Positions 29,778 to 41,792 of a stretch of DNA of 64,000 nucleotides are shown piece by piece. Positions within the stretch are counted from its first letter, which is position 1; each line of letters opens with the position of its first letter. The notes below the pieces were generated by a model. That model saw nothing but the letters and a program-made list of their open reading frames with translations, searched no databases and had not been told where the DNA came from. Both the position numbers and the translations under genes were made by a program. Origin of the DNA: a bacterium (lineage in GTDB: Bacteria; Margulisbacteria; Marinamargulisbacteria; SXXA01); the NCBI GenBank assembly GCA_947465765.1, contig CANIAP010000003.1:39393-103392 (forward strand). Reading direction: 5' to 3'.

Positions 29778-32303
29778 ATGTCTACGACTCAGATTTATGA
29801 CACGACTTTAGCGAACGGACTCAAGGTCTTTATTGTGACGGATCCGGCAAGCCCTCTGGTTGCGGTACGGACCTATGTGAAAGCCGGTGCTATTTCCGAA
29901 GGAGACTGTCTCGGTCAGGGGCTGTCTCATTTTTTGGAACATTTAGTCGCCGGTGGACCCACTCGGTATCGGACGGAAGACGAGTACAAACGGGCTTTGT
30001 CCATGCTCGGCGGCGGGTACAACGCGTACACCACTACCGATCATACCTGCTATTACATTAATTCCATTCCAGAAAATGCCGAAGAAGCCATAAAGATTTT
30101 GTCAGAATGGATGTTTTACAACACCTTCTCAACGACGGAATTTGAGCGGGAACGGGAAGTGATCACCCGTGAAATCGAAAAGAATAACGCCGAATTGGGA
30201 CGGGTGTTTTATCAACTCTGTCAGACCAACTTTTATCAAAATCACCCGATGAGATATTCCGTGATTGGGGTTTTGGAGAACTTTAGAAACACCACGATCC
30301 AGCAACTCAAACGGTATTACCAAAATTATTACACTGCCTCAAATATGATTTTGGTTGTGGGTAGTTCTATGGCCCCTGAAATGGTGATGCCATGGATTGA
30401 AGCGGCCTTTGGTCGTGCGCCGATGGCGGCCCCTCCAACCCTTCTCATTACACCGGAACCCCGTCCGTTTTCGCCGCGAAAAGTGGTCAAAGAATGGGAC
30501 ACGGCGACGACCTATTATAGTCTTCGGTTCTCGACCACAGATCTCTTCTCAGAGGATTTGTACGCGTTGGATTTGTTAGATTTTATGCTTACCAATGGCG
30601 AAGATAGTATCTTGGTTAAAGATATAGTCGACGACCAGCAGCTCGCCTTTTCTGTGAGCTCAGCGTCTTATACACCTAATATTACAACGGGCTATTTTGA
30701 TTTCATATTCGAGTTGGATCAGAAGGATATCCCAGAGGTTAAGGGGATTCTTTTTGACCATCTGTCTCGGATATCCCGAGGTGAATTAGACCCTCAGCGG
30801 GTTCAGCGGGCCAAAAAGCAAAAATTAGCGGAAGAGGCCTTTGCAATCTCAACGGTCGAAGACTCGGCGTCCCGTATTGGTCAGGGGTATTTGGTTGCCC
30901 AAACCCCTTATTTTTATGATCATTACGCGGCCCATTTTCGGGAAGTGACCTTTGAAGATGTGGTTCGGGTTGCTAAAAAATATTTTGATTTTGACCGGAC
31001 AGTTGAAAGTGTTTTGGTGCCTCGGGTGGCGCCGGTAGAGGTGAATGCTCCCTCCATCTGGGTTCCCTCGGCACCGCTTCCCGAGCGTCATGTGTTGCCG
31101 AATGGTCTACGGGTGATTTTGTTTCGCGAGGCGTCGTATCCTCGGGTGTTCGTCAAAACTTTTTTTGACGGAGGCCTTCGACGGGAAACGGCGGAAACCA
31201 ACGGTATTGGAACCGTAATGGCCGATATGTTCGCGACGGGAACGTCGACGATGTCCAAGCTCGATATTGCCCGAATCGTCGAAGATCGCGGGGCGGATAT
31301 CAGTGCCGGGATTGGCAATAACACCTTCTATTGCACAATGGAATGTATGACCGAGGATATTCCTGATCTATTTAAACTCTATGTGACGGCGTTGTTGGAT
31401 GCCCGATTTGATGTAAAAGAACTGAAAGAAACCCGACGCCAGGTTGTGCAATGGATATCCCAACGTCGGGATGATTGGTATCGCCATGCGGTATATCAAT
31501 TCCGAAAGTCGTTCTACGAGGGTCACCCATACGGAATGCCAATGAATGGTGAGTTGGGGCCGGTTCGTTCGTTTACCGTGGATCAGTTAGCCCGGCATTA
31601 TCAAGATCATTGGAATCCCAAATCGATGGTAATGACGATTGTGGGTGATATCGATGTGGCTCAGGTACTCGATCTAGTGGCGCCGTTGGGCCAAGTGGTG
31701 GGCTCGGGGGTTCCTGTGCTCAGTCCAGCAAGACCGTTGCACACTGCGGCATCGATGGATCGAATGACGGTGGATCAAGATGTTGCGGCGGTATTTATGG
31801 CCTTTGATGGGGAACGGTTAACTCAGTCCACCGAGTCAATGCGATTGGACTTAGTCAACACCGTTCTGTCGGGAATGAATTATCCGGCCGGGCGTCTTCA
31901 TAATTTATTGCGAGACGAAGGGTTGGTTTACCTTGTTCACGGGGCCAATTATTTGGGCATTGAGCCCGGACATTTGTTGTTTTACGCCTTAACCTCTCCG
32001 CAGCATCAGCAACGGGTCCATGATGTCATGACCCATCAGGTGGAGGCTATTAAAACGTCTCCCATTTCGCAAGATGAATTTGATCAAGCGATTGCTCAGA
32101 TGCGATTTTTCTTCAAAGACCGAGTCGCCTCTTTGGATGCGTTTGGTACCATTATTGCAGTGGATGAATTGCTGGGACGAGGCTGTGACTATTTTGCCAA
32201 GGTCGAATCTGGAGTGGATCAACTCAAGATTCCCGACGTGATGGAGTATGCCAATCGGTATTTGGTTTCGCCTCAAGTGGTTTGGTTTAATAAAGGGAAA
32301 TAG
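29778..32303 (+). CDS. M16 family zinc peptidase (fused two-unit form)
   Basis: HFLEH (HxxEH), NAYT; second unit lacks the Zn motif. Confidence 0.93.
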   Translation: MSTTQIYDTTLANGLKVFIVTDPASPLVAVRTYVKAGAISEGDCLGQGLSHFLEHLVAGGPTRYRTEDEYKRALSMLGGGYNAYTTTDHTCYYINSIPENAEEAIKILSEWMFYNTFSTTEFEREREVITREIEKNNAELGRVFYQLCQTNFYQNHPMRYSVIGVLENFRNTTIQQLKRYYQNYYTASNMILVVGSSMAPEMVMPWIEAAFGRAPMAAPPTLLITPEPRPFSPRKVVKEWDTATTYYSLRFSTTDLFSEDLYALDLLDFMLTNGEDSILVKDIVDDQQLAFSVSSASYTPNITTGYFDFIFELDQKDIPEVKGILFDHLSRISRGELDPQRVQRAKKQKLAEEAFAISTVEDSASRIGQGYLVAQTPYFYDHYAAHFREVTFEDVVRVAKKYFDFDRTVESVLVPRVAPVEVNAPSIWVPSAPLPERHVLPNGLRVILFREASYPRVFVKTFFDGGLRRETAETNGIGTVMADMFATGTSTMSKLDIARIVEDRGADISAGIGNNTFYCTMECMTEDIPDLFKLYVTALLDARFDVKELKETRRQVVQWISQRRDDWYRHAVYQFRKSFYEGHPYGMPMNGELGPVRSFTVDQLARHYQDHWNPKSMVMTIVGDIDVAQVLDLVAPLGQVVGSGVPVLSPARPLHTAASMDRMTVDQDVAAVFMAFDGERLTQSTESMRLDLVNTVLSGMNYPAGRLHNLLRDEGLVYLVHGANYLGIEPGHLLFYALTSPQHQQRVHDVMTHQVEAIKTSPISQDEFDQAIAQMRFFFKDRVASLDAFGTIIAVDELLGRGCDYFAKVESGVDQLKIPDVMEYANRYLVSPQVVWFNKGK

Positions 32304-32464
32304 CCCGACGTTGGTTGCGGGTTGGCGCGGTTACGAACGTGGTCAATTCCGTGCCCCCTATGATATTGTTTCGAGATTATTCTGACGGCTTTGGGGTCCT
32401 TCTGGGAGCCGTTTCCAAAGTCCTTCTATCTAAACTTTTATTACGTCCCCGCTAGGAGCAAGAC

Positions 32465-34444
32465 ATGACCCAAAATTACGTAGCCGACGACATCAAGGTC
32501 CTTGAAGGACTTGAAGCGGTCCGCAAACGTCCCGGTATGTATATCGGTTCGACCAGTAAGTCAGGCTTAAATCACCTTGTATTTGAGGTGGTCGACAACG
32601 CAATCGACGAAGCCATGGCCGGTTATTGTACCGATGTGGATGTCATCATCGGTAAAGACAATATTGTGTCGGTATCAGACAATGGACGTGGAATTCCCAT
32701 CGATATCCATAAAGAAAAAGGGCTTCCTGCAGTGGAGGTCGTTATGACCACACTTCACGCCGGGGGGAAATTTGAGGGAAAAGGCTACAAGATTTCGGGC
32801 GGATTGCACGGGGTTGGGGTGTCTGTTGTTAACGCGTTGTCCGAATGGCTCAAGGTGGATGTGCGACGGGATGGCAAGCAGTACATTCAAACGTATTATC
32901 GGGGTGCTGGTAAAAAATTGAGCGGGGAGACGACCGGTTATAGTGGAACTGATCGTGGAACGATCATTACATTTAAACCGGATGCGACTATTTTCGAAGA
33001 AGTCGATTTCACTGCTGAAGTCGTGGATCATCGCCTTCGAGAATTGGCCTTTTTGAATAAAGGGGTACGGATTCGGTTTCGGGACCTTCGCGACGACGAC
33101 GCGCTCGTTGATGTTACGTATCAGTTTGAAGGCGGGATCGTCTCTTACGTTGAGCATATTAATGAAAATAAAGAACCTCTGTTCACGCCTCCCATTTACC
33201 TCAAAAATGAACGGGATGAATACGAAGTAGAAATTTCGATTCAGTACGTTAATGATTATTACGACGAACAATTGGTGTCTTTCGCGAATAATATTCGTAC
33301 TCGGGAAGGCGGGACTCACGTTGCCGGTTTCCGAACGGCATTAACTCGGGTAATGAATAACTTCGCCCGGAAATATGAACTCATTAAAGATAAAAATGAA
33401 GTTTTGACCGGCAATGATCTTCGGGAGGGGCTGTCCGCTGTAATCAGTGTGAAATTACGCAATCCTCAATTTGAAGGTCAGACCAAGACCAAGTTGGGGA
33501 ATTCCGAGGTCAAGGGGATCGTCGACTCAATGGTTGACGAAGGGTTGTCGAATTTTGTAGAAACTAACCCCAAGGTCGCTAAGGCGATTATTAATAAAGC
33601 CCTTATTGCGCAGCGCGTTCGGGAAGCCACCCGAAAAGCCCAAGAGTTGGCACGACGAAAAAGCAGTCTGGAAAGCACCACGTTGCCAGGGAAGTTGGCC
33701 GACTGTTCGGACCGAAACCCCGCAAACTGCGAAATCTTCTTGGTGGAAGGCGATTCCGCCGGTGGTTCAGCGAAACAAGGGCGAGATCGGAATTTTCAAG
33801 CCATTTTGCCATTGCGAGGTAAGGTCTTGAACGTTGAAAAGGCCCGTCTCGATAAGATTCTGGCGAACGAAGAAATTCGAAACCTGATTACTGCGATTGG
33901 CCCTGAAGTTATTTCGGGTCTGAGAGAAACCACCTTTGATTTGGATGCCGATGCGCCAAGTATTTCAGCTGAGGTAGCAAATGCGGCGGTGTTGGCCAAG
34001 TTGCGCTATCACAAAGTGGTCATCATGACGGATGCTGACGTGGATGGTGCCCATATCCGGACGCTGTTACTGACTTTCTTTTTCCGGCACGCGAGGGAAA
34101 TGATTGAAGCGGGTGCGTTGTATATCGCCCAACCTCCGTTGTACTTGGTCAAAAAGGGAAGCATGAAACGATACGTCTACAATGATAAACAATTGGAAGA
34201 GCTCTTGACGGAAATTGGTCGGGAAAATATCGGGATCCAACGATACAAAGGGTTGGGGGAAATGAATCCCGACCAACTATGGGAAACCACCATGGACCCG
34301 GAGAAACGGACGTTGCTTCAGGTGACCTTAGAAGATGGAGAATCGGCCGATGAGATTTTTTCGATTTTGATGGGAAGTAAAGTCGAGCCTCGTAAAGAAT
34401 TTATTGAAAAATACGGCAAAACAGTGCGCTGGATTGACGTTTAA
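32465..34444 (+). CDS. gyrB: DNA gyrase subunit B
   Basis: [46 protein letters not shown]. Confidence 0.99.
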   Translation: MTQNYVADDIKVLEGLEAVRKRPGMYIGSTSKSGLNHLVFEVVDNAIDEAMAGYCTDVDVIIGKDNIVSVSDNGRGIPIDIHKEKGLPAVEVVMTTLHAGGKFEGKGYKISGGLHGVGVSVVNALSEWLKVDVRRDGKQYIQTYYRGAGKKLSGETTGYSGTDRGTIITFKPDATIFEEVDFTAEVVDHRLRELAFLNKGVRIRFRDLRDDDALVDVTYQFEGGIVSYVEHINENKEPLFTPPIYLKNERDEYEVEISIQYVNDYYDEQLVSFANNIRTREGGTHVAGFRTALTRVMNNFARKYELIKDKNEVLTGNDLREGLSAVISVKLRNPQFEGQTKTKLGNSEVKGIVDSMVDEGLSNFVETNPKVAKAIINKALIAQRVREATRKAQELARRKSSLESTTLPGKLADCSDRNPANCEIFLVEGDSAGGSAKQGRDRNFQAILPLRGKVLNVEKARLDKILANEEIRNLITAIGPEVISGLRETTFDLDADAPSISAEVANAAVLAKLRYHKVVIMTDADVDGAHIRTLLLTFFFRHAREMIEAGALYIAQPPLYLVKKGSMKRYVYNDKQLEELLTEIGRENIGIQRYKGLGEMNPDQLWETTMDPEKRTLLQVTLEDGESADEIFSILMGSKVEPRKEFIEKYGKTVRWIDV

Positions 34445-34455
34445 GGAGCCGGTCG

Positions 34456-36981
34456 ATGACAGAAGAACAAACCCCATCGTTGTTTGGAGATGACGCGTTA
34501 GTGCCCGAAGAAGAGGCGCCTCGGAGTAACGTCGCCTACATTAATATCGATGATGAAATGAAGAATTCGTACCTTGAGTACGCCATGTCCGTTATTGTCG
34601 GACGGGCCCTTCCCGATGTCCGCGACGGATTAAAACCCGTTCATCGGCGAATTTTGTACTCGATGTACGATGCCGGATACACCGCCGGCCGTGCGTATAA
34701 GAAATGTGCCCGTATCGTCGGGGATGTTTTGGGTCGTTACCATCCCCATGGAGATACCGCCGTTTATGACGCTTTGGTGCGTATGGCCCAAGACTTTTCG
34801 GTGAGATACCCGTTGATCGATGGTCAAGGGAACTATGGATCCGTCGACGGCGATAACGCGGCGGCCATGCGATATACCGAGGCAAGAATGTCGCGGATCA
34901 GTATGACCTTGTTGGAAGATATCGATAAGGACACCGTCGATTTTGTTCCTAATTTTGATGAATCTCTGGAAGAACCCAAAGTCCTTCCCGCTCGGATCCC
35001 CACATTGCTACTCAATGGGACGGCTGGGATTGCGGTCGGGATGGCCACGAACATTCCCCCTCACAACTTAAATGAGTTGGTGGATGGAATTTGCGCGTTG
35101 ATCGATGATCCGTTGCTGGAATTGGACGGGTTGATGGCGCATATCAAGGGCCCCGATTTCCCAACGGCAGCCATTATTTGTGGAACCGCGGGAATTCGGC
35201 AGGCGTACGCCACTGGCCGAGGGAGTGTCCTTATCCGAAGTCGGACGAGTATCGAAGAGAGTAAGAAAAAGGGTAAAACGGCGATTATTGTTCACGAGAT
35301 TCCGTATCAAGTGAATAAAGCCAACCTCATTATTAAAATTGCAGAATTGGTCCAAGAGAAAAAGATTCCCGATATCTCGGATCTTCGGGATGAGTCTGAC
35401 CGTAAGGGCATGCGGATTTATATCGAACTTAAGCGGGACGCGTCCCCTGAAGTGGTCTTGAATCAGTTGTTTAAACACACGGCGTTGCAAAATAGCTTTG
35501 GGATCAACATGGTGGCCTTGGTGAATGGTGTTCCTCGAACGTTGAGCCTCAAAGAAATTTTGTCCCACTATATTTCCCACCGAAAAGAAGTGGTGGTTCG
35601 ACGAACCCGGTATGACCTTCGTAAGGCGACGGAACGGTTGCATCTTCTCGAAGGATTCCGCATTGCACTAGAAAATTTGGATGCGGTAATTAAGTTGATC
35701 CGGGCCTCGGCGAACGGTGATGAAGCCAAGAATGGACTGATGGCTCAGTTTGGGTTTACCGAAATTCAGGCCACCGCTATTTTGGATATGCGACTACAGC
35801 GATTGACCGGTCTTGAGCGGGGTAAGATCGAAGCTGAGTATCAAGACATTCTGAGTAAAATTTCCGATTTACAAGATATTTTGTCCAATGAAGCGCGTGT
35901 CTATCGGATTATCAAGACGGAATTGCTTGAGATCAAAGAAAAATTCGGCGATGAACGACGGACCGAAATCGGCGACTCAGTCGGTGAGATGGACATGGAA
36001 GACTTGATCCCTGAAGAAAAAGTCGCGGTTCTATTCTCCAAAAAAGGATTCGTTAAACGGATGCCGGTATCGATGTTCCGAAGCCAGCTTCGCGGGGGTC
36101 GAGGGGTCAACAGCATGTCGACTCGCGATGAGGATAATATTGAGAAGATATATGTCACCAGTACGCATGATTATCTTCTATGTTTCACCAATACGGGTCG
36201 GACGTTCAAGATCAAAGCGTACCAAGTCCCTGAAGCCTCCAAGCAAAGCAAGGGGGTATCGATTGCCCACTTCCTCAATTTAGAAGCCAACGAGATCGTG
36301 ACGGCTACGATTCCAGTTGATACATTCGAATCGGATGAGTTTTTGTTTATGGCGACCCGGAACGGAACCGTCAAAAAGACGTGCCTACGGGAATTTATTC
36401 ATTTTAAAAATCGACCGATTATTGCCATTAATTTGGATGAGGGCGATCAGTTGAAATGGGTCCAACGCACCACCGGTAAAAAACATATTGTCTTGGTGAC
36501 ATCCAACGGAATGGTCATTCGATTCGATGAAGATCAAATTCGTCCGATGGGTCGGGCCACTCGTGGCGTTCGAGGGATTAAGATTAAGCCGGAAGATCAA
36601 TTGATTTCGATGGATGTGATTGATCATGAAGAAACCAATCTTCATCTCTTGATCGTGACCCGTCTGGGCTATGGCAAAAATATTAAAGTCGGTGAGTTTA
36701 AGGGCCAAGGTCGCGGTGGTATCGGGGTCCGGTGTCTCCGGTTCCGGAAGACCATCAAGGGCGATTATGTAACGGATGCAATTATCGCAAAAAAAGATAA
36801 TGAAGTGATGCTTGTGACGCTGTCTGGCACATTGTGTCGGCAAAAAATTGCCAGTATTTCGGTTCAGAAGCGAGATTCGCAAGGGGTTCGCATCATTAAA
36901 TTAGATTCAAAAGACGAGGTTATCGCGGTATCAGAAGTCGATGATGATCCTGATGATCAACCCGCTTTGATAGAGGTGTAA
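34456..36981 (+). CDS. gyrA: DNA gyrase subunit A
   Basis: [26 protein letters not shown], GyrA-box-like QLRGGRG in the CTD. Confidence 0.99.
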   Translation: MTEEQTPSLFGDDALVPEEEAPRSNVAYINIDDEMKNSYLEYAMSVIVGRALPDVRDGLKPVHRRILYSMYDAGYTAGRAYKKCARIVGDVLGRYHPHGDTAVYDALVRMAQDFSVRYPLIDGQGNYGSVDGDNAAAMRYTEARMSRISMTLLEDIDKDTVDFVPNFDESLEEPKVLPARIPTLLLNGTAGIAVGMATNIPPHNLNELVDGICALIDDPLLELDGLMAHIKGPDFPTAAIICGTAGIRQAYATGRGSVLIRSRTSIEESKKKGKTAIIVHEIPYQVNKANLIIKIAELVQEKKIPDISDLRDESDRKGMRIYIELKRDASPEVVLNQLFKHTALQNSFGINMVALVNGVPRTLSLKEILSHYISHRKEVVVRRTRYDLRKATERLHLLEGFRIALENLDAVIKLIRASANGDEAKNGLMAQFGFTEIQATAILDMRLQRLTGLERGKIEAEYQDILSKISDLQDILSNEARVYRIIKTELLEIKEKFGDERRTEIGDSVGEMDMEDLIPEEKVAVLFSKKGFVKRMPVSMFRSQLRGGRGVNSMSTRDEDNIEKIYVTSTHDYLLCFTNTGRTFKIKAYQVPEASKQSKGVSIAHFLNLEANEIVTATIPVDTFESDEFLFMATRNGTVKKTCLREFIHFKNRPIIAINLDEGDQLKWVQRTTGKKHIVLVTSNGMVIRFDEDQIRPMGRATRGVRGIKIKPEDQLISMDVIDHEETNLHLLIVTRLGYGKNIKVGEFKGQGRGGIGVRCLRFRKTIKGDYVTDAIIAKKDNEVMLVTLSGTLCRQKIASISVQKRDSQGVRIIKLDSKDEVIAVSEVDDDPDDQPALIEV

Positions 36982-36984
36982 GCA

Positions 36985-37974
36985 ATGAATGATGGATTAC
37001 AGCAGATAAATCGATTGGTGGAGGCGGAATCGACATTTGTCGACGCCGTTTTGAATGAAGCGGCGACGGTTATTGTCGGTCAGCGATATGTCATGGAACG
37101 ATTGCTGATTGGTATTTTGTCCGGTGGGCATATCCTTCTCGAAGGCGTGCCTGGCCTGGCCAAAACTCTGGCAATCAAGACGCTTGCTCAGGTGTTTGCA
37201 GTGGAATTTAAACGGATTCAGTTTACCCCTGATTTGCTTCCAGCGGATGTATTGGGAACTCTGATTTACGATCAATCTAAAGGTCAATTTGTGCCTAAAT
37301 TGGGACCTATATTTGCGAACTTAGTATTGGCCGACGAAATCAATCGAGCCCCTGCAAAAGTTCAGAGCGCATTGCTTGAAGCGATGCAGGAAAAACAAGT
37401 CACAATTGGGGATACCACCTATTCGTTAAAAGAGCCCTTTTTGGTACTGGCGACCCAAAATCCAGTGGATCAAGAAGGAACCTATTCTTTGCCTGAAGCG
37501 CAAGTGGATCGGTTTTTGATGAAGCTCAACGTTACCTACCCTACTAAAGCAGAAGAGCGAGTGATCATCGATCGGATGAGTACTGCGACAATGCCAACGG
37601 CCAAATCGGTTGCCGGACCCAATGACGTGCTTCGGGCACGGCAGGTGGTCACCCAGGTGTATATTGATGACAAAATAAAAGAATATGTATTGGATATTGT
37701 GTCTGCAACGCGAAGTCCTGGCGCGTACAACTTGGAGTCGTTGACCCCGTTGATTCAATACGGCGCCTCCCCTCGCGCGTCGTTGTCGATGATTTCCGCG
37801 GCGAGAGCCCACGCATTTATTCAACGTCGTGGGTATGTGACGCCGGAGGATATCAAGGCAATCGCGAAAGATGTCCTTCGACATCGGGTGATTCCGTCAT
37901 TTGAGGCGGACGCGGAAGGTATCTCTGCGGAGATGATCATTGATCGTATTTTTGCTGAGGTAAAGGTCCCTTAG
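36985..37974 (+). CDS. moxR: MoxR family AAA+ ATPase
   Basis: EGVPGLAKT, RIQFTPDLLP.D, LADEINRAPAKVQSALLEAMQE, YGASPR. Confidence 0.97.
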   Translation: MNDGLQQINRLVEAESTFVDAVLNEAATVIVGQRYVMERLLIGILSGGHILLEGVPGLAKTLAIKTLAQVFAVEFKRIQFTPDLLPADVLGTLIYDQSKGQFVPKLGPIFANLVLADEINRAPAKVQSALLEAMQEKQVTIGDTTYSLKEPFLVLATQNPVDQEGTYSLPEAQVDRFLMKLNVTYPTKAEERVIIDRMSTATMPTAKSVAGPNDVLRARQVVTQVYIDDKIKEYVLDIVSATRSPGAYNLESLTPLIQYGASPRASLSMISAARAHAFIQRRGYVTPEDIKAIAKDVLRHRVIPSFEADAEGISAEMIIDRIFAEVKVP

Positions 37975-37984
37975 TTAGTCGCGT

Positions 37985-38857
37985 ATGATCGCACCTGAGC
38001 TAATGGCCGCCATTCGGCGGATTGAGATTCGGTCTAACCGGGTGGTGGATTCCATGGTGGCGGGGGAATATCATTCCGCATTTAAGGGGCAAGGGCTCAA
38101 TTTTGCAGAAGTCCGTGAATATGCCGTCGGGGACGATGTGCGCCAAATTGATTGGAATGTTACCGCACGATCCGGGAAGCCTCATATTAAATTGTTTAAT
38201 GAAGAGCGTGAGCTGACCGTGGTAATTGCAGCAGACTTAAGCGGGTCGGGGGATTTTGGCAGCGTGGATCAAACCAAACGCGAAATGATTGCCGAAATCA
38301 CGGCGGTACTGGGATTGGCCGCGATGAAAAATAATGATCGCGTTGGTGCGGTATTGTTTACCGATCAGGTGGAGACCCATATTCCCGTCAAGAAGGGCCG
38401 GTCTCACGTATTGAGGTTGATTCGCGACGTACTTGCGGTCACTCCGAAGTCGAAAGGGACTTCCTTGGATATGGCCCTTCGGTTTATATCGAAGACCCAA
38501 CGGCGGTCTGCGATTGTATTTTTGATTTCTGACTTTTTAGATAGCGGCTTTGAAAAGGCCTTGGGATTGGCATCCGTCGCGCATGACGTGGTGCCCATTG
38601 TGATTCGTGACCCTAAAGAAGCGGCGTTACCGAATGCAGGGTGGCTTCGGTTGATTGATCCCGAGACCCGGCAAACGGTGATCCTCAATTCAGGAAACGC
38701 CAAAGTCCGACAGGCCTATGCGGAGAACGTGGCCGCAAAGGATCAGCAGCTGCTTCGCTTATTTCATCGCCTTAATCTTTTGCCGATTCAAGTTCAGGTG
38801 GGGCAGCCCTATATTAACCCACTGGTTCGTTTTTTTGCCGCTCGTGGACACTGGTAA
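37985..38857 (+). CDS. DUF58 domain protein
   Basis: EVREY..GDDVR.IDWNVTAR, EERELT, D.SGSG. Confidence 0.95.
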   Translation: MIAPELMAAIRRIEIRSNRVVDSMVAGEYHSAFKGQGLNFAEVREYAVGDDVRQIDWNVTARSGKPHIKLFNEERELTVVIAADLSGSGDFGSVDQTKREMIAEITAVLGLAAMKNNDRVGAVLFTDQVETHIPVKKGRSHVLRLIRDVLAVTPKSKGTSLDMALRFISKTQRRSAIVFLISDFLDSGFEKALGLASVAHDVVPIVIRDPKEAALPNAGWLRLIDPETRQTVILNSGNAKVRQAYAENVAAKDQQLLRLFHRLNLLPIQVQVGQPYINPLVRFFAARGHW

Positions 38858-39791
38858 CTGGGCGCGGCGTGCGCTGAGCCTCGTGGTTGGTGGGTGTCTT
38901 GTTTCAATGCAGCTGTCGGCGGCTGACATTGACCCGGTGACCGCGGTTCAAACAGTAACCCCCGCGACGGCCCAGATTGGCGATCTTCTCACGTATGAAC
39001 TTAGCGTTACCTACAATGAACCTGTTCAGCTGGTAAATGTCGGGACGTCTGGAATTATTCCCCCCTTTGCAGTGATCAACTTTAAAAAAATTAGAGAAAA
39101 AAAGTCGGGTAAGAATGTGTTTCGGTATGTTGCAAAGATTAGCCCGTTCGCAACCGGAACCTTCACGATTCGGGAACGAACGATTAGGTACAAAACAGGG
39201 CATCAGGTGGGGTCGTTCGTGGTGCCCGAAATCCAAGTTGATGTTTTGTCTGTCTTGACCGCGACGAGCAATTATATTGAAGACGTTAAGGCGGTGCCGC
39301 CGTTGGCCCTTCCGGTTGCTCAGTTGGGACTTTTGCTGGGTAGCTTGGGTGTTATGGGCGGGGGTGGGATCGTCTATCTCCTGGTGAAACGTCGAAACTC
39401 TCAGTCTGGTGTTGAAATAGTGGCGGAGGTCGATGATCGTTCCATTGAGCAAATTGCGATGATGGATCTTGAAAACGCGACCTTAAACATCGGGGAGTAT
39501 CAATCGTTCTACGTGGCGTTATCGGATATTTTAAGATCCTACTTAGGGGCCCGATTTGGGATTGAGAGTCAGGAAATGACCACTGCCGAATTGGGGCGTG
39601 AAATTGACGCCCACTGTGAATCAACGCTTGCAAAACGGGCGGGTCGGATTTTGCACCTGTGCGACTTGGTCAAATTTGCGAAGTTTGTTCCCACGATTGA
39701 AGACAGTTGGATTGCGGTGGATAGGGTTCGGGGTATCGTGACGCAGTTGGGTCAGTCAGATGGTGAGGAGACGGTTGATGAGGCTAGCTAA
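38844..39791 (+). CDS. Membrane-anchored BatD-like protein of the Bat operon
   Basis: Signal peptide, Ig-like ectodomain, TM helix, C-terminal Y.AL..ILR.YL...TT.E..D.VKFA; GTG 38844 overlaps the DUF58 stop. Confidence 0.75.
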   Translation: MDTGNWARRALSLVVGGCLVSMQLSAADIDPVTAVQTVTPATAQIGDLLTYELSVTYNEPVQLVNVGTSGIIPPFAVINFKKIREKKSGKNVFRYVAKISPFATGTFTIRERTIRYKTGHQVGSFVVPEIQVDVLSVLTATSNYIEDVKAVPPLALPVAQLGLLLGSLGVMGGGGIVYLLVKRRNSQSGVEIVAEVDDRSIEQIAMMDLENATLNIGEYQSFYVALSDILRSYLGARFGIESQEMTTAELGREIDAHCESTLAKRAGRILHLCDLVKFAKFVPTIEDSWIAVDRVRGIVTQLGQSDGEETVDEAS

Positions 39792-40785
39792 TCCATGGAT
39801 GGTCTTGCTTCTTCCGCTGGTGGTGGGCATTGTGATGTGGGCGATTCGTCGTCATCGCGGGAGTCAGGAGGGTATTCTGTTTCCGAATGCGGCCGCCTCG
39901 GCAACGCTTGAAAATCCCTGGGTTAGACGGTGGGTAAATCTCCAGCCAGGAATCCGACTCGGCGTGATTGGCTTGGTATTTTTATCTTTGCTTCGTCCCC
40001 AACTTGAAACCCAATTAAATGAAATTACCGAGCCCGGGGTCGACATTATGGTTGCGATGGATGTGTCGGGAAGTATGGCTGCAGAGGATTTTGCGCCCGA
40101 TAATCGATTGGAAGCCGCCAAAAAAGTCGCGCGTGAATTTATTGTGTCTCGGCCCAATGACCGAATTGGGATGATTGCGTTTGGTACATTTGCGTTAACA
40201 CAGTGTCCGTTGACCACCGATCGGTTGGTGTTATCGACATTGGTCGACAAAATTCGATTGGGTGAAGCAGGGGAAGATACCGCGATTGGACTGGGGCTTG
40301 CGACGGCGATTAACCGGCTCAAAAACAGCGATGCCAAGTCCAAAATTATCATTTTGTTAACTGATGGGGTGAATAATGCGGGGGGAGTATTGCCGGATGT
40401 GGCGGCCCGGGCGGCGCGTGATGCAAGGATTAAAGTCTATACGATTGGTATTGGAAAAGAAGGCGGCGCGCCCATTCCGCACATGGATCCCGTAAAAGGG
40501 AAGGTGTATGAGACGGATGACAATGGCGCCCCTATTTTTACCCAAATAGATGAATTAACGCTGAAAAAAATCGCCGTGACTACGGGAGGTCGGTATTTTC
40601 GGGCGACCGACGAGAAGGTGTTGAAGTCGGTGTATAAAACAATCGACAGCCTCGAAAAGACACCGTCTAAGGTCAAAATTTATCATCAATATATCGAGTT
40701 GTTCCCGTTGCTTTTGTGTCTTGCGGCCTTCTTTTTGGCGATTGAACTGGTTCTTTCGCGGATAATTTTGAGGACCGCGCCATGA
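39778..40785 (+). CDS. batA: vWA domain protein BatA
   Basis: DVSGSM MIDAS, TAIG.GLA.A, ILLTDG.NN; N- and C-terminal TM helices. Confidence 0.9.
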   Translation: MRLANPWMVLLLPLVVGIVMWAIRRHRGSQEGILFPNAAASATLENPWVRRWVNLQPGIRLGVIGLVFLSLLRPQLETQLNEITEPGVDIMVAMDVSGSMAAEDFAPDNRLEAAKKVAREFIVSRPNDRIGMIAFGTFALTQCPLTTDRLVLSTLVDKIRLGEAGEDTAIGLGLATAINRLKNSDAKSKIIILLTDGVNNAGGVLPDVAARAARDARIKVYTIGIGKEGGAPIPHMDPVKGKVYETDDNGAPIFTQIDELTLKKIAVTTGGRYFRATDEKVLKSVYKTIDSLEKTPSKVKIYHQYIELFPLLLCLAAFFLAIELVLSRIILRTAP

Positions 40786-41792
40786 GTTGGCTATATTCCT
40801 CATGGGGATGGATATTGTGGGCACTCCCATTCGTTATTGTGGGCGTCATTTGGAGTGTTCGTCGTGCCACCCAACGACTCTCGTTGGTGGTGGTTCCCTC
40901 ATTGTGGCCCAAGGTGCTCAACGGATTTGATGCGGGTGTAGCGCGACGAAAAACAATTCTCTCGATTGCGGCACTTGTGATATTGGTTATTGCCACATTG
41001 AGACCCCAATTTGGAACTGAATATGCTTCAACCACCAATAAGGGCCAGTCGATTTTAGTGGCCGTGGATACCTCCCAAAGTATGGATTCTGCGGATTTAA
41101 ATCCGTCTCGTCTTGAATTTGCAAAAGACGATTTGGTGACATTGATGTCCCAGTTGAAGGGCGATCGGGTTAGTCTAATGACCTTTTCAGGCACTGCGGC
41201 GATTCAATGTCCATTTACCATTGATTATATGGCGGCAAAGCTGTTTATCGATGACATTCGAACCGGGGACCTTCCGATTCCTGGGACCAATCTTGCCGCG
41301 CCGATTCGTGCGGCCATTTCGGCCTATCACGGGATTCCTGGGCGAAAAACACTCATTATTTATTCTGATGGAGAAGCCTTTGAAGGGAAGTATCGCGCGG
41401 CGGCGATCGCCGCTAAGGCGGAGGGCATTGTGATTCATACTGTCGGTATTGGGACTCCAAAAGGCGACGTGATTCCACTGTTTGATGAAAACGGACAGCC
41501 CTCGGGGTTCAAGGTGAACCGGGCGAAACAGACGATCGTTACCCACCTCAACGAAGCCGTATTAAAAGATATCGCGGTAATCACCGGTGGCCACTACATT
41601 CGGGTTTCGTCTCAACAAGCGGCGGCGCCTCAATTGGCGGTGCTACTTGGAAAAGCGGGGGATTCGGATTACCGGACCTACTTAACACCCCAGCGTCATG
41701 ATCGTTATGCGATTTTAGCGGTAATTGTGTTGGGTTTGTTGCTTTTGGATGTATCGCTGTCCGCTGTTGTTCGCCCTGGGAAGCCGTCCTAA
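40782..41792 (+). CDS. batB: vWA domain protein BatB
   Basis: VDTSQSM, P.T.DY, GT.L, SDGE, G.GT..G..IP. Confidence 0.87.
   Translation: MSWLYSSWGWILWALPFVIVGVIWSVRRATQRLSLVVVPSLWPKVLNGFDAGVARRKTILSIAALVILVIATLRPQFGTEYASTTNKGQSILVAVDTSQSMDSADLNPSRLEFAKDDLVTLMSQLKGDRVSLMTFSGTAAIQCPFTIDYMAAKLFIDDIRTGDLPIPGTNLAAPIRAAISAYHGIPGRKTLIIYSDGEAFEGKYRAAAIAAKAEGIVIHTVGIGTPKGDVIPLFDENGQPSGFKVNRAKQTIVTHLNEAVLKDIAVITGGHYIRVSSQQAAAPQLAVLLGKAGDSDYRTYLTPQRHDRYAILAVIVLGLLLLDVSLSAVVRPGKPS

Noticed and set aside
32380-32420. Alternative 6-bp hairpins (ACGGCT/AGCCGT versus CTTTGG/CCAAAG) in the gyrB leader
   Set aside because: Weak stems, no terminator or known riboswitch motif
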